A stretch of DNA of 57,909 bases from Girardia tigrina (Eukaryota): positions 1-57,909 of the forward strand of contig MQRK01197785.1 in NCBI GenBank assembly GCA_001938485.1, in the 5' to 3' direction. The position numbers were made by a program, and so were the translations under genes. The notes below the pieces were generated by a model. The model searched no databases and was not told the origin of the DNA. It was given only the letters and a program-made list of their open reading frames with translations. This document shows positions 40,748 through 52,772 of the stretch, one piece after another. The number at the start of each line of letters is the position of its first letter. Position 1 is the stretch's first letter.

Positions 40748-41330
40748 AATATATGGGCCTCCCATCTCTTTCGAATGGTATTGAGCCACTAGGCTCTTTA
40801 GAGGGTTCACTCAAACTAAAGAGTGCTATCTGCCCCCGATAGGTCTCCTACGGGGTCTGATCGCTTCAGTCTCTGAAATCTCTTTGGCTTCCCTGTTACA
40901 AACGATCAATTATGTACTGTGGTACCATGATTGAGCATCCCTTTGGCTGTGTTAGTGGACTTAGCAAAAGTCAGTGATCCTAAACGTCAAGTGCGTATCT
41001 TCGGGATTAATCGTTTGCTCCACCACCATTGAGATAATCGGAGGTTCTGTCTTTAACCGAGGATTGGTAGTTGGTATATCTCGTGGTGTGTCTACTTCCG
41101 TTGTATTGCTTCCTTCATTTGTAGCACTTGTTGTCAGTTGAATTTGATTTTCTTCCTCTGTGTTCATGTCTACTCTGTGGTCCTTATTCAGATTTCTTAT
41201 TAACCATCCTCTTGTCTTATAGATTTTGTTGTATTTGTGGCATTTAAACTTGTTAGCTCCATCCGGTTCTTCCTGATCACCTATCTCTATGTGATTCCTC
41301 TTCATGTGCTTGTTAATATATAAATAACTT
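40748..41330 (-). mobile_element. C2H2 zinc-finger retroposon-like family, copy 2
   Basis: HMKRNH...FKCHKYNKIYKTRGWLIRNLNKDH...LTFRITD...KSTNTAKGMLNHGTTVHN*SFVTGKPKR plus the shared tail. Confidence 0.65.
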
Positions 41331-42461
41331 CAACCGATTGCAGTAAAACTATGAACTTTGATGCTTTGCTTCGTTGAATTAGAAATTCTTTTGATATAGT
41401 CTCTAATTTTTCGTTTTTTGTAAAATATAAATAATGGCTTTAAAATTTAACGGTTTTTTATATTATGCATAATTTATGTTTTTGAATTTATAACTCTTAA
41501 TAAAAAAATTTATAATTACCAATAAATGGATTTATAGCTATTAATAAATAAAATTATCATTATTATTAACGCTGTAAAATGCCGAATATAAGCCGCAATA
41601 TGAAAGATTTACAAAAATATATTTTAATACATAAATGTCCAATTGAATTGAAATATTACGCAAAATTTAATTTCCGAATTATTTTTCAATATTCCTAAAA
41701 ATACATTGTGAATAAATTCTTTTAAATTCATTATTAAAAAATGTTAATTAAATTTTAAAAAATAAAAGAATATTTTATATGGATACATTTATCAAAATAA
41801 CCAAATAAAATGGGCGAATTTTATAATCCTTTTCTCATTTACAATAAATTTGATTAATTGTTAACTCTTTTTCAATAGTTAAAAATTTGCATATTTTAAT
41901 TTACATATTGAGTTACTTTATTTTATAAAAAGTAGTTGTTCATGTCAAACAAAAAAAAACGAAAATCAAGAGATCTGAACACGATTTTTATTTTTCTGAC
42001 CAATTTCTCTGCAGTGGAAAAAAAGCTCTTGAAGCAATTAAAGTTGTTTGAATAGTTAATGTAGTAACGACTACTTTTATCGGACTATCAGTCGTAAAGA
42101 TAATTGCTTTTAGGAAAAGTCTTTAAAAATGACTGAATGAATCAGATGTTAATATAACTAAGTATTTATTTTGCTTTGCCAGATTTTTTTTTACTTTCTC
42201 TGATTTGTCCTCCAAATGGTGGTCAGTGCTACTTTCGACTTCAAATTAAATCTTCTCAATCACTTTTAAAATGTAATACATTCCCTGATAAGTACTTAAT
42301 GAAAAACGTTTCAAAAGATTTTAAAATTCTTTAATTTTTCATTTTTTATTCTTCTGCTTATTATTTTTTTAAAAAAGAATTGAATTAAAAAAGAGAAAAT
42401 GCTTCTCAATTGTTGAAAATCATATATGTACAAGATTGAATATTTCTGAGTGTCGTAATAG

Positions 42462-42910
42462 ACTAGTAAATCACCAAAGAAAATTTAAATTCAATCTTTA
42501 TGCAGACATTCTTTGCCAAACAAAATTTTAATAAAAAATATTAAAAAAACACAGTAAAAAATTAAAAAATAATGTTGACCAAGTTGAGCTTGGCCCACAT
42601 AAAGCGTCGATATAAAAAATTTTTTTTATGATTTACTAGTTAGACTTTAAATCGGTTTACTGGACTTTATTTATTTTTTTGCGTATTATAAACTACTTAT
42701 AATTTATAAGTAGATCTTTTTATGCTAATATTTTTCAGGAACTGCTGTTTTGTTCCAATTTTGAAACCTTAAAAAGTTTTTTTGATCAACTTTTCACATT
42801 ATCATTTATTGACAAGGAAAATGAGTAAATGTGCAAAGTTTGGAGAAAATTGATTTAGTAAATGACCTTCAAAAATAGCTTTCTAAATTTCATGGACATA
42901 TATATATATA
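42462..42910 (+). repeat. Family A copy retaining an internal hairpin and inverted repeat
   Basis: ACTAGTAAATCA at 42462, its inverse TGATTTACTAGT at ~42628, hairpin CCAAG-TTGAG-CTTGG at ~42579. Confidence 0.7.
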
Positions 42911-43779
42911 TTATATGATTTATTATATTATTTATATTATTATATGATTTGTTTAATAACGAGTTTTTCAAAGAAGAATTTCAAATGGTAAAAAAATGTT
43001 ATCAAATATGTTGTGAGATTTTCTCAAAGATGTACAATTTTTTTCCGTTTCTCACATGTTACTAATTTTGACTAAGTGTTGTAACAATTTCCCTGACAGA
43101 AAAATATTGTTGACTAATGGAAAAAACGACTTAAATGAATTTCTATCAAACTATTCGATGAAAAAGATAATGATTTTTATTAATACAGTTTGTGATTACA
43201 CCATGGTTCTTGATGTACACAGACTATTTTAGTCTTAAAAATGTTTAATTTTTTATGTCAAAATAACTTTATTTGTAAAGGATTTAAGTTGTAATTCAAA
43301 AAGGATTTAATATCTCCCAACGAATAAGAATAATTATATTATTTTTATTATAAGAGGTAAGGTAAGAAAACAATTATCGACTGGGATTATTATTTTGATA
43401 AATTTTAAAACAAAACATTTTAATATATTATCTGATTTTAGCAATCAGAAATTAAATGAATATTGCCAATTTCTATAATTTTCGTTATATTTTTAAAATA
43501 TAATTAATATCTAACTCACTATCAAGCTAAGCAAAAACCTCAAAATATATTCACATATATTAAAAAAAATATATTTATTCTTTTCAGTTACTATTTTTTT
43601 ATTAAAGGAAAGATCCGAATGTAGCACTTATGTAATTATCCACATATTTGACTAACAAAATCCTGGGGAAACTCCTAGGTACAACCCCCATCAATAAATT
43701 CTTTTTCAATTTTTTTGTATATCAATATTTTGAAATGATTTATTATTATTTTCCATCAAACAGAATCTTACAACTAATA

Positions 43780-44600
43780 AATAAGTTCCCCCGACTTAAC
43801 GGATAACTGTGTATTGTAGAGACTACAGTACTAGCATTGGCGTACACGGTAATGAGCCATAGACTCTGTATGGGATAGAAACCAAAAATAGACAATACAG
43901 AGCCTACTGACTTTCTCGCACGGCTTTAGTTGCAAGAATGCAAGCTTTCAGTGCACGGGCACGCTTCGGTTTCCCAGTCAGAAAGGACCAGTCATGATCC
44001 ATCGTACCGTGATTCTGTAGAGCTTTTGCTGTGTAAACACATTTCGTATAATGAGTAAAGGGACACCGAAATATCCCCACATCATTTGTATTACTTAACC
44101 GAAAGTCGAGAACCACCCTTGGAATCAATCCTGAGTCTGTCTCTGCGGTACCGTCGAGGGGCACTGACACATCATGCATAGTGATCGGTTTCGAAGATTT
44201 TGTACATCCTTCATCTACGTTATTTTGTGAAGCACTAGTACCACTGGTACTGCCTTGGGTTCGGTGATCGATCAATAAATGTCGCTTTAACCATCCATCC
44301 GTTTAATATGTCTTGTGACAATTTTCCATGGGACACTGGAAAGGTTTGTCACCATTCTGTCGCTGCGGCGTCGTAACCGTATGCACGTTTTTGATGTGTC
44401 TTTTTAGTTTTTTTCTGTTCCGCAAAAGCTTTGAAACAAGAAGGATACGTGCATTGCACTTTATTGATAGGCGGTTCGAGCATTTTCAGGTTCTCCTTTC
44501 CTTGTTCAATCACTTCTGTCAGTTATTCAGACACAGTTCCTTTGATCAGGTGTTTGAATTTCTCGTCGTTGTCGAGAATTCCTTTCTCAAACAACTAATA
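43780..44600 (-). mobile_element. C2H2 zinc-finger retroposon-like family, copy 4 (longest, three fingers)
   Basis: CTYPSCFKAFAEQKKLKRHIKNVH; CPMENCHKTY*TDGWLKRHLLIDH; LDFRLSNTNDVGIFRCPF...NHGTMDHDWSFLTGKPKR, all in one frame with two stops. Confidence 0.7.
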
Positions 44601-44994
44601 ATATTTTCTTCACCTCTTACGTGTAAGTTTTATCTAAAACTTGAAGTCCGGTGTCACTTATCATCACAGCAACAAAATAATATTCGTAAATAATAAAAAA
44701 TAAACAATTCTATAATGATTTTTTGTAATTTGTTCTTTTGATTTCTCAAACTTAAAAAAAAATTTATTTACATTTAAAAATCATAATAATTAATCTAAAA
44801 TTTTCTTGAAAGCTTTTAATAAATAAAAATTATTTATTGTATAAAGCGTTTAAGTAGTCCAATATGTTCATGTGTCGCAATGTGACACCAAACTTCGAGT
44901 TTCAGATGGAAATTATTTGAAAAGTGTGCACGCATTAACGGCTGTAAGACTAAATGTTCCTGAAAAGATTTTGAAAAAAATTTTATCATCTTTT

Positions 44995-45680
44995 TTAACC
45001 CATTCACTACCAAAGACCCGTATATGGGTTTACGGCTTATAACTTTTGAACGAAGAGGAATTTTTTAATGCGGTTTTTTTCTAAATATTACTATTAAATT
45101 TTCTAGTCCAGCTCTCTCGCTCTCTAGTCCAACTCTATTCAATATATTGCATCAGATCAAAACTGGAACACGTGGGACAGTGAGAAAAAATCGTAAAGGA
45201 TTGCCAAAATTCACTGGAAAATCACGAAAAGGAGATGTTCAATGGTTTTTGTCTTAAGCTCTTCTAGCAATGAAATGGAAAGACAAACGAGATGTCTACA
45301 TGTTATCAATGGTAAATAGTACAAATTTCTTGAACAGTAGAAAAATTGATAGAATAAACGGAACAGAAATTATGAAGCCCGCTCTAGTCATATTCGCAAA
45401 AAAATGGGAGCTTTTGATGAAACTGACATGCAGATGTCATTCACTGCTTCAATTAGGAAAACTTTGAAGTGGTATAAAAAATTATTCTTTCATATGACGG
45501 ATATGACGACATTCAATTCGTATATAGCATACCGAATGAAGCACAATGTACAGCTTACTCAGTTCAAATTGCTTTTGGTTAGAGAAATACTTCAGAGATA
45601 GGGTCTAAAAATTGACTAAATATTGACTAAAAATTGATTAAAAATTCAAAAAACGGCGGGAACTTATTTCTCAACCTAAT
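44995..45680 (+). mobile_element. Internally deleted piggyBac (PGBD4-like) element
   Basis: TTAA|CCCATT left end at 44995; GTVRKNRKGLP, KWKDKRDVYMLS, MGAFDETD...KWYKKLFFH...NSYIAY. Confidence 0.85.
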
Positions 45681-46739
45681 ATTTCTAAACCTCTATTTAT
45701 TCAAACAAATTTCAATTTCAATTTAATTTTCAATTTAAATTACAAAATAATTTAAAATTATTAAATGATGTTCCCGGTGTGAAAATATTAACTATAATAA
45801 ATTTTACGTGAATGTATTTTTATTAAATATTTATTTATTTTGCAACACTTATTGCGATGGAAATTTCGTCGAAATATGTAAAAAAGTTTTTGAAGGATGT
45901 TTTAATTCATAATAAATAATATTAGTATTCTTAACACAACATTTATTTTAACTTTCACCACAAACATTTTTATTCGAAAAATTATTATAAAATTCGTTTT
46001 ATACATTAAACAATGAAACAATCTTTTTCTTTTATTTATCGTTTTATTGGAATTTCGTGTAATTTATTCTTCTAACAACGGTTGTAAACAAATAAATTGA
46101 TAGAAATTGACGAAACTCAGATCACAATTCATAAGTCAGTGATACATAAATGATGATAAACGTAAAACAGACCAATGTAAATTCACGACAACATTTGCAC
46201 ATCGAGAGACAAATGGATTTTTGTTGGTCGTGTGACCCCTGTTATTGAATATAGTCTAGACATTCACCACTGAAACAACTGGAACATTGACAAATAATGA
46301 GATGCTTTGCGTGTTGCTATGGAAGAAATTCTTTTTTTTAAATAAAATCAAATAATATTTTGATCAAATAAGAAAATTAGTAGAAATTTTTTTTTATTAT
46401 TGAATAGTGACAGTAGTCATTCCATAAGATTTATAGATCATCTAAGAACATGTTCATATTATAGCTAACCTGGTAAAGAATTGTTATGATACTATTTGAA
46501 TAAATGTTTGATATAGCTATTTAAAAAAATGTTCTTATATATCCAAATGGTATTTTTAATCAAATAAATATAACAAAAATTTTACTTATGTTCTATTTTT
46601 TAAAATTATTGACATGAAATAGTTGAAAGAAATTTATTATTAATTTATTATTAAAATTTTGATATTAATATTTCTTCATGTGAATCAAAATCCTTTTGTA
46701 GAAGAAAAAAAACTCTTGTAAAATTTGTAGTTATCAAAC

Positions 46740-47400
46740 ATCATGTGAACCTCACATCTCTATTGTGGTATTGATCATCAGGCTCAAGCAAAACTAAAAG
46801 TCTTTCAACCCCCCAATAGGCCTACTAGGGGCATGTCAGATTTTTGCTTCCTAGTTTTCTTTGGCATTCCTGTTAGAAACCAACAATTATGGACCTTATA
46901 TGCATGATATATTATACCTTTGGGTATGTTCGTGGATTTTACACGACCTTGAAATGGACATTTAAATGTTTCTCTTGCATTTGTTTCTGCGATTCGGAAC
47001 CTCAAAACGCGTTTCAGTGCTAGTCTCCAACGTTCCTATATCATTAGAATTCTGATACTCTGTCAGTCGTAGATTGTCGGAAATCTGTTCACCTGGTGTT
47101 TCTATTTTTTCTTCTTAGTAGGTTGATTCTCTGGTTGTTTCTGTTGGGATCTCATTTTCTTTTAGATTGTGGTCGTTTCTTAAGTTTTTAGCTCTTCAGC
47201 CAAACTGTTTTGTAGGACATTAAACAAAGGTGACATTGGGAACCTTTGATCGACTCTGTTGGTTGACTTCTTTGAAACAGTTCTGTTCATCAATTGTGAA
47301 TAGCTTTGGTATCGGTCTAATAGGTTTTGAGATGTCCTTTGAAAACTTTCCTACAGACAAATCGTCATATCAAAACCCTGATTAGGGAGCATTAACAATC
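46740..47400 (-). mobile_element. C2H2 zinc-finger retroposon-like family, copy 3
   Basis: QCHLCLMSYKTVWLKS...; LRFRIAETNARETFKCPFQGRVKSTNIPKGIIYHAYKVHNCWFLTGMPKK plus the shared tail. Confidence 0.65.
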
Positions 47401-47622
47401 AAGTCGATTGAGTAAGGTTTTTAATTATTGGTTACATTGGTTTTCTATTTTACAGATGTGCTTTGATTCACATTATAAGCGGCAGCTCTGTAAATCATTA
47501 TTAATACGACATTACGATCCATTAATTAATATTTACCAAAAACGTGTGGCGGATTTCTGAATTACTGCTATTAGTAACTGCTATTTCCTCTTTACTGCTT
47601 TTTAGTAACAATCGATCATTTC

Positions 47623-48578
47623 TATACCCCACGTTTTTGGTTAGGTATAAAATTTCTCACATGTCTAGAAAAAAAATTATGTTCCTCTTTTTAGTGCATT
47701 GGTAATGCTTGAAAAACGTGGTTGTTTTTATAAAAATTTTTTTATTAATAATATTATTTAACTATTTTTAGTTATCATTTAGGAATTCAAATCGTTCGAT
47801 TGATTTCNAATAACAGAAATGATAATAAAACCAAAATAAAACTTTTTAAACCTAATTTTAATACTTCTACACTTAATTATCACTTGATTTTCACAATATT
47901 TGTTCAATTTATTAATTTTTTCCGTACCTCATTAACACGGATTATTTTTCCGTATAAGACATAAGCTATTTAATTATAACATATACGGTTTATGTAGAGC
48001 CGTAAATGTTTTAAAATATTGTATTGTCATCGGAAGCAAGCCTGTATAAAAAAATTCAGCTCAATTGGATGACTGAAAGTGGTCGAAAAATCAANNNNNN
48101 NNNNNNNNNNNNNNNNNNNNNNNNNNNNNNNNNNNNNNNNNNNNNNNNNNNNNNNNNNNNNNNNNNNNNNNNNNNNNNNNNNNNNNNNNNNNNNNNNNNN
48201 NNNNNNNNNNNNNNNNNNNNNNNNNAAATTAATTGAAAAAAATTTTTTGAAAATATTTCAATCTTCAAAATAAAATTATTTGGTAATTTGAAAGAGTTTT
48301 AACTTCATTCATGAAAATAAACGAAAAGATTGCTATTTAATACACTGTATAAATTTGTAGATAACCGTAAGTGGTTTTTTGAAAAAAAAATAGAAAAAAA
48401 TATTTTTTTTCAAAATTTTTTTTATCAAATTGTATTGTCATCGGAAGCAAGCCTGTATAAAAAAATTCAGCTCAATTGGATGACTGAAAGTGGTCGATAA
48501 ATCAATCGCAAGATTTGTTCCAGACAGACAAACAGACAAACAGACAAGAAACCAAGCTAATAAAAACGTGGTAAAAAT
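47623..48578 (+). mobile_element. Helentron-associated (HINE/DINE-1-like) non-autonomous element with duplicated core
   Basis: Sub-terminal inverted repeats CCACGTTTT (~47628) / AAAACGTGG (~48563); (CAGA/CAAA) microsatellite; 76-bp core duplicated at 48019-48094 and 48430-48505. Confidence 0.6.
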
Positions 48579-48957
48579 GGGCAAGGTTAAGCTGTTTCAA
48601 TTTTTAAATTTTTTTAATAAAATAAATAAAAAAATTTGCTATTAATATCCAATAAAATCCTGAAAAATTTTATATTTAATGATAACATTTCCAATTAATT
48701 AACATTATATTATCTTACACATAACATTATAAATGCTGACAATGGAAAGTGAATTCTAAAACATATATAATAATCAATATTTTAAGAAAGATTTAAAAAA
48801 TAATTTATATAATTCATTGAGCCATAAAGATTTTTACTTTATCCAATAATTTTATACTTTCTTTTTACTGAAAAAGAAATTGCAATAAATAATTAAGTGT
48901 TGCTTTGACATTAATGTTTTATTAATCTTTGTTTTTGAGAGGAACTCGCAATTGAAT

Positions 48958-49007
<50 letters not shown>

Positions 49008-50109
49008 TTAGGAGATTAAAATTTAGACCAATGTTCATTGATCTGTCTCCAAAGTAATAATAACTTTGGTTTTATTTTTACTGCTCACAAGTTATTTTAA
49101 TATTAAAAAAAACTTACATATACTAAATAATTGTAAAAATATATTCATAAATTATTCATAAAGATTTGTATTATTTATAAAGTTAGTTACTCACAGTCTC
49201 AAATATTAATGACCTCATACATGTACTTCTTCTTTCTTCTTTTTACAAATCAGTTTACTATTTTTGCAATTCTATACTGAAGCCAATGAATTTTTATACT
49301 GTCATATCAGGTCGATGTGGGTACATAATGGACTAGCATAGTGTATTTGTGAATTTCTACATGAAAAATTGAGTACGATAACAAAATAAACCATAGTTGT
49401 TTTCTTAAAGGAATAGAAAATGTTATTATTTCCCCTAAATTGTGGTATTGTCAAGAAGCAGATTAAAGTAATTCAATATTATTTAAAATTCAACAATTTC
49501 TTCAAATCTCGTGAAGCAACTCTAATCACATTACCAGATTTTTTTTCATGTGCACAACAATTGAAAATTATTTATTTATTATCTGAAAGGATTTTATATT
49601 TAATTTTAATTTGATTTAAATAAATTTCATATTTTGTTAGCGTTTCTATTTTCTTTATTTTATATTCCTTAGTATATATTTAATATATATTTAATATATA
49701 TTTAATATATATTTAATATATATTTAGTATATATTTAATAAAATTTCTTAAAGGAATTAATAAATAAATTTTAAAATACATTTTCAATGAAATAACGTTT
49801 TGCCCACAATTGACAGGGATACGTGATACGGATTCTGTTCGTATATCCGTGTTTATTTATGTCGTGTTACGCATATTGATAAATACCAATTTGATAAATA
49901 CCTCAATCTTGAAATCGTATAAATCACGACATTCATAAAACTATACAATTTATTCAATTTAATTCAAAATTTGATAAGCTTTTTTTACCAAATGTCTTTT
50001 GTATTATATATTCAAAGATTTTAAATTAAAAAAAATAAAAAAAATGTTAAAGTATTAAAAAAAGTTTTTAAAAATGATCGTTATACATTTCCGATCTTCA
50101 TTGATCATT

Positions 50110-51880
50110 ATCATGTATTAATTATTTATTAACAAAAATATTATTAAATTCAATTCATAACACAATAAATATATTAAAATAATGGACATGAACAGTACAA
50201 AGAACGTATTAATGTCATAAACAGAAAAGAAAATCATTTTTAAGTAATTTATCGGCCTACCATGAGTATGAATCACTTTAAAAAATCTATTGGACATGCT
50301 TTCAACAAGGTTTTGGAGCATATTTTGACCTATATCATCATATGCCTTCGAAATTGCCTCTTTGAATATAAAATTGCCCAATACTAACTGTTATTGGCAT
50401 AAACATGTCGAGTCAGGATTGCTCATAGATTTTCCATCGAATTTCAATCAGGAAAACCAGCGGGCCAATTTAATGTTGAGATATTATTGGCAGCAAACCA
50501 TTCTCTTGTACTGCGACTGACATGTATTAGAGCGTTATTCTGTTGGTAATTAAAGGAGACGTAGTTGCTATTAACAACATCACAATTTGAATGCAAACAT
50601 TTATTGACAACACAAACAGACTATTCACAACAATTTTCAGAGATCATCTTTCTTTGATTGATATAGTTTTTTTGTTAATCTATTCAAATCTAAAAAACAA
50701 TAAATGGGAAATTTTAATATTAAATTTTAATTTCTCATAATTTTATTGGATAAAAAGACTACGTAATTTTTAAATAAACATTAATTTTTAAAATATATTA
50801 AATTTAATAAGTTAAAATCGTTTACTGAAAATATTATTAAAATTCATAATTATCAAACTTTAATTAATTTTTTTTTTCATAGTACTTCAAATTAATATCA
50901 TTAAATTAATTTCATTAGATTCAAATAATCAATCAATAAACATATGAATCCCATCTGAGTAGGAGAGTCACAAATCTAAACAGCATACAAACAATAAACT
51001 TACAACATTCCAAATTATCCCTCACAGTTGTGTTGCAGTATATATGACAGTAAAGAAATTTCGAGGACTTCTTGGTAGTTCTGTAAGTTCATTTTTGAAG
51101 AAACAAATTTTAAAGGAAGCTTTCCATGTGCTCTAAAGGTCATGGAAGTCATGAGACTACCAATTCTAAAATTTTGTATGAAAATAACAGTGGCTCCATT
51201 CGTAAATCATGCCAATAATGCTTAGCACCGTCGGGGCCATCCAAGTTCTACTTCTTTTCATCACTCCAAATAACCTGAAATGTAAAATTTGAATATCTGT
51301 AATACAATTGATAAATAGTCCAGTCAGTACTACTTAAATTTTCCCGAAGAGTAGCCATATTTGCTTGAGCGTTTTGGAGTCCACGAACTTTGTCAGTTTC
51401 AGCCAAAAGTTGTGCGGGCTTCATTTTACTTTTTCTAATTATGCCACTGGCTGCTAAAACTTGACGGACTTTTCTTGGTTTAATGTTTAGTTGAAGGTCA
51501 TTTTAATCTGGCTGCTAAATTTTCTCTTGACTTTGACGCTTCCGTAATTATTGCGCGTTTTGTAGGAGATGTAAGCTGAGGAGGTCGAATACATGATATT
51601 TTGTACCATAATCAACGGGATTGCTAAAATATCTGTTTACCAAGTCAAGTGAGTGTACCAATTTCTGCGCTATTTTCCGATTACTTTTACCACAGTTCTC
51701 CTTTTCATTAATTTGACCCTTCTCATAATTTGATCACTTTGATCCTTTCCACATTGCTAGGAGGTTGTTGAGAAGAGCGAAGTCGAACATAAATTCTATT
51801 GTAAATGATAAATATAGTATTTATACTGGTAACTACCCCTCACTCACTCCACCCTCACCAATGATTAAAAAAATACACTT
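50110..51880 (-). mobile_element. Decayed Tc1 (DD34E)-type transposon interrupted by a solo LTR
   Basis: YQQNNALIH, WPAGFPD*NSMENL*AILTRHVY, QNLVESMSNR; upstream KMNLQNYQEVLE and WSDEK..NLDGPDG remnants. Confidence 0.75.
50569..51026 (-). mobile_element. Solo LTR (family B, 458 bp) with target-site duplication
   Basis: Interrupts the Tc1 frame; flanked by GTTGC/GTTGT; minus strand begins TGTGAGGGAT. Confidence 0.7.
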
Positions 51881-52349
51881 TATCAGTGCAAGTACATATT
51901 AAAGATTTTGTGAGTATAGACTACAACCTGACAATTACTACAGGATTATCCTACATGGATATAGTGGAATCTGTTAAATCCGTACCAACAAACGTGTTGA
52001 ATGATCAGTGTTGGGAGCGTGGTTTAGTTCATAAAATTTATTTATACCACAATTTGAATTGTCACTAGAACAATTCTCCGTAAAACTTGCGTAACTCGTC
52101 ATCGTTCTTGATTGATAATCTTTTATAATATTCTTTAACATCTTATTATTCAAACAAATTTAAATTACAATTTAATTATTACAAAAATAATTTATACTTT
52201 AAATTATAATTTTAATATTACAAAAATAATTTATTCATTAAATTTAAAATAATTTTTATTTATTTTAAGAAAATATTATTAAAATATTATTTATGAAATA
52301 TTAATTTAATTTTAAAGTGATTATTTAAATTTTAATAATTGATTAAACA

Positions 52350-52464
52350 ACCCGACGTTTTAAAATATTTAAAATATCAATCTTCCATCTGGGTGGGAGA
52401 AGCACAATCCTAAATAACATACCAAACAACACTCAATAAACACCATCTAAAAATATTCCTCACA
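52350..52464 (-). repeat. Family B LTR 5' segment (TGTGAGGAATATT...CTCCCACCCAGATGGAAGA)
   Basis: Homologous segments at 14994-15090 (opposite strand), 19895-20005, 24885-24960, 50945-51026; partial at 16770-16820 and 55590-55634. Confidence 0.7.
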
Positions 52465-52466
52465 CC

Positions 52467-52550
52467 CAACAATAAATATTTTATTCCAAACAATAAATAT
52501 TTTATTACCAACAATAAATATTTTGTTCCTAACAATAAATATTTTATTAA
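52467..52550. repeat. ~21-bp tandem repeat (CAACAATAAATATTTTATTC) x4
   Basis: Directly visible. Confidence 0.8.
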
Positions 52551-52738
52551 TAATCTTTTAATACGAATTAGCTTAAAGTGTTTTAAATTTTTTCAAATAT
52601 AGTTGATGTAGTTCTATATGTCAGAAATTAATTTGATTTTAAATATTTATTTTAACACAAAAGTGATCGAACACATTAAGTAATCTAACAACAATGTAAT
52701 GAAAATCATGAGAGTAATCATCCATTTCTAAATTCCAT

Positions 52739-52772
<34 letters not shown>

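Noticed and set aside
48019-48505. 76-bp duplication as a special structure
   Set aside because: Flanks an N gap; either ordinary tandem core duplication of the element or an assembly overlap
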